Source of the DNA: an uncultured Oscillospiraceae bacterium
GTDB taxonomy: Bacteria > Bacillota > Clostridia > Christensenellales > CAG-138
Direction: 5' to 3'
NCBI GenBank assembly: GCA_964474405.1
Contig: CAYYUV010000002.1
Span: 19,349-83,348 of the forward strand
DNA length: 64,000 nucleotides
Position 1 is the stretch's first letter. Every line of letters begins with the position of its first letter. Below the pieces are notes generated by a model. That model saw only the letters and a program-made list of their open reading frames with translations. It was not told the origin of the DNA and did not search any database. The translations under genes were made by a program, and so were the position numbers. Positions 63,295-64,000 of the stretch are shown piece after piece.

Positions 63295-64000
63295 ATGGAG
63301 GTGAACGGTTTGTCCGATACTATTCTGCAGCTTAGAAATATCGGCAAAACATTTTCCGGCGTCAACGTCCTGCGAGACATCAACCTGGACATCCGCAAGG
63401 GTGAGGTTCATGCGCTGCTGGGCGAAAACGGCGCAGGAAAGTCCACGCTGATCAAGATCATCAGCGGCTACCAGCCACCCGATAAGGGCGGCGAGATCAT
63501 TGTCGATGGGACAAAGGTCAATTTCCGCAACCCGCGCGACGCCATGAACGCGAGCATTCACACGATCTATCAGGAGCTTTCGCTCTGTCTGGATATGACC
63601 GTCGCGGAAAATATCGTCATCGACAAGCAGGATCGCTATCCCGGGATCATGCAGCGTAAGGCCGCCTATAACAAGCTGGCCGCGGAAACGCTGAACCGCC
63701 TTGGGCTTGACATCAGCCCCTCGACGGTCGTCCGACGCCTGTCCATCGCGCAGCAGCAGGTAGTCGAAATCGCCAAGGCCATTTCGGCCGACGCGAAGGT
63801 CATCCTGATGGACGAGCCCACCTCGTCCATTTCCCAGAAGGATGCGGAAAAGCTTCTTGAGATCGTCCGTACCCTGCGCGACGAGGGCGTAACGGTTATC
63901 TACATCTCCCACCGCCTGCACGAGATCGGCGAGATCGCCGACCGCGTCACGGTTCTCCGCGACGGCAGCATGGTGGGCACCGTCGATGCGCACACGACCA
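63295..64000 (+). CDS. Sugar ABC transporter ATP-binding protein (RbsA/MglA-like, first NBD; 3' end off the window)
   Basis: Not in the track because there is no stop in the window. LQLRNIGKTFSGVNVLRDINLDIRKGEVHALLGENGAGKSTL, LSIAQQQVVEIA, ILMDEPTS. The start may be TTG at 63310 after GGAGGTG. Confidence 0.85.
   Translation, partial: MEVNGLSDTILQLRNIGKTFSGVNVLRDINLDIRKGEVHALLGENGAGKSTLIKIISGYQPPDKGGEIIVDGTKVNFRNPRDAMNASIHTIYQELSLCLDMTVAENIVIDKQDRYPGIMQRKAAYNKLAAETLNRLGLDISPSTVVRRLSIAQQQVVEIAKAISADAKVILMDEPTSSISQKDAEKLLEIVRTLRDEGVTVIYISHRLHEIGEIADRVTVLRDGSMVGTVDAHTT

Overview
GC-rich chromosomal segment. Its gene content and operon style suggest a Clostridia-class Firmicute; this is an inference from rex, a fused ispH-rpsA, cmk-plsC, mnmG-rsmG and Gram-positive lipoprotein signals. 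All calls were made by eye from the sequence and the ORF track; no searches or folding programs were run. I call about 65 protein-coding genes. I found no rRNA, tRNA, CRISPR array, transposase or integrase. Layout: (1) 1-12.2 kb is mostly housekeeping (deoD, rsmA, PfkB kinase, rex, asnS, rsmG-mnmG) plus an ECF sigma tricistron. (2) 12.4-24.3 kb is one co-directional, tightly coupled envelope-glycan cluster: ABC-2 exporter, two GT2, rfbA-D-B-C, then a GH-like lipoprotein, a TM-HEAT protein and a processive QxxRW GT2 synthase. (3) 24.4-26.9 kb is the most unusual part: promoter, c-di-GMP-I (GEMM-I-like) riboswitch, small secreted protein, minimal nucleotidyltransferase (MNT), cupin-HD-GYP phosphodiesterase, HEPN protein, terminator. 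(4) 27-35 kb holds metal transporters (ZIP, ferritin-like-VIT1, feoB without feoA), a GntR regulator and a PQQ-type propeller protein. (5) 35-49.9 kb holds housekeeping genes (surE, cmk, plsC, ispH-rpsA fusion) and envelope or secreted enzymes. (6) 50-57.5 kb is a bacterial microcompartment (BMC) locus: pduL, acylating aldehyde dehydrogenase, PduS-like, 2 BMC-H, 1 BMC-T, 3 BMC-P and a DERA-like protein with an encapsulation peptide but apparently no catalytic lysines. It is followed by a GntR paralogue and a dehydrogenase/aldolase/kinase/ABC sugar module that runs off the window. Many long ORFs in the supplied track are antisense shadow ORFs typical of GC-rich DNA and are not reported as genes.
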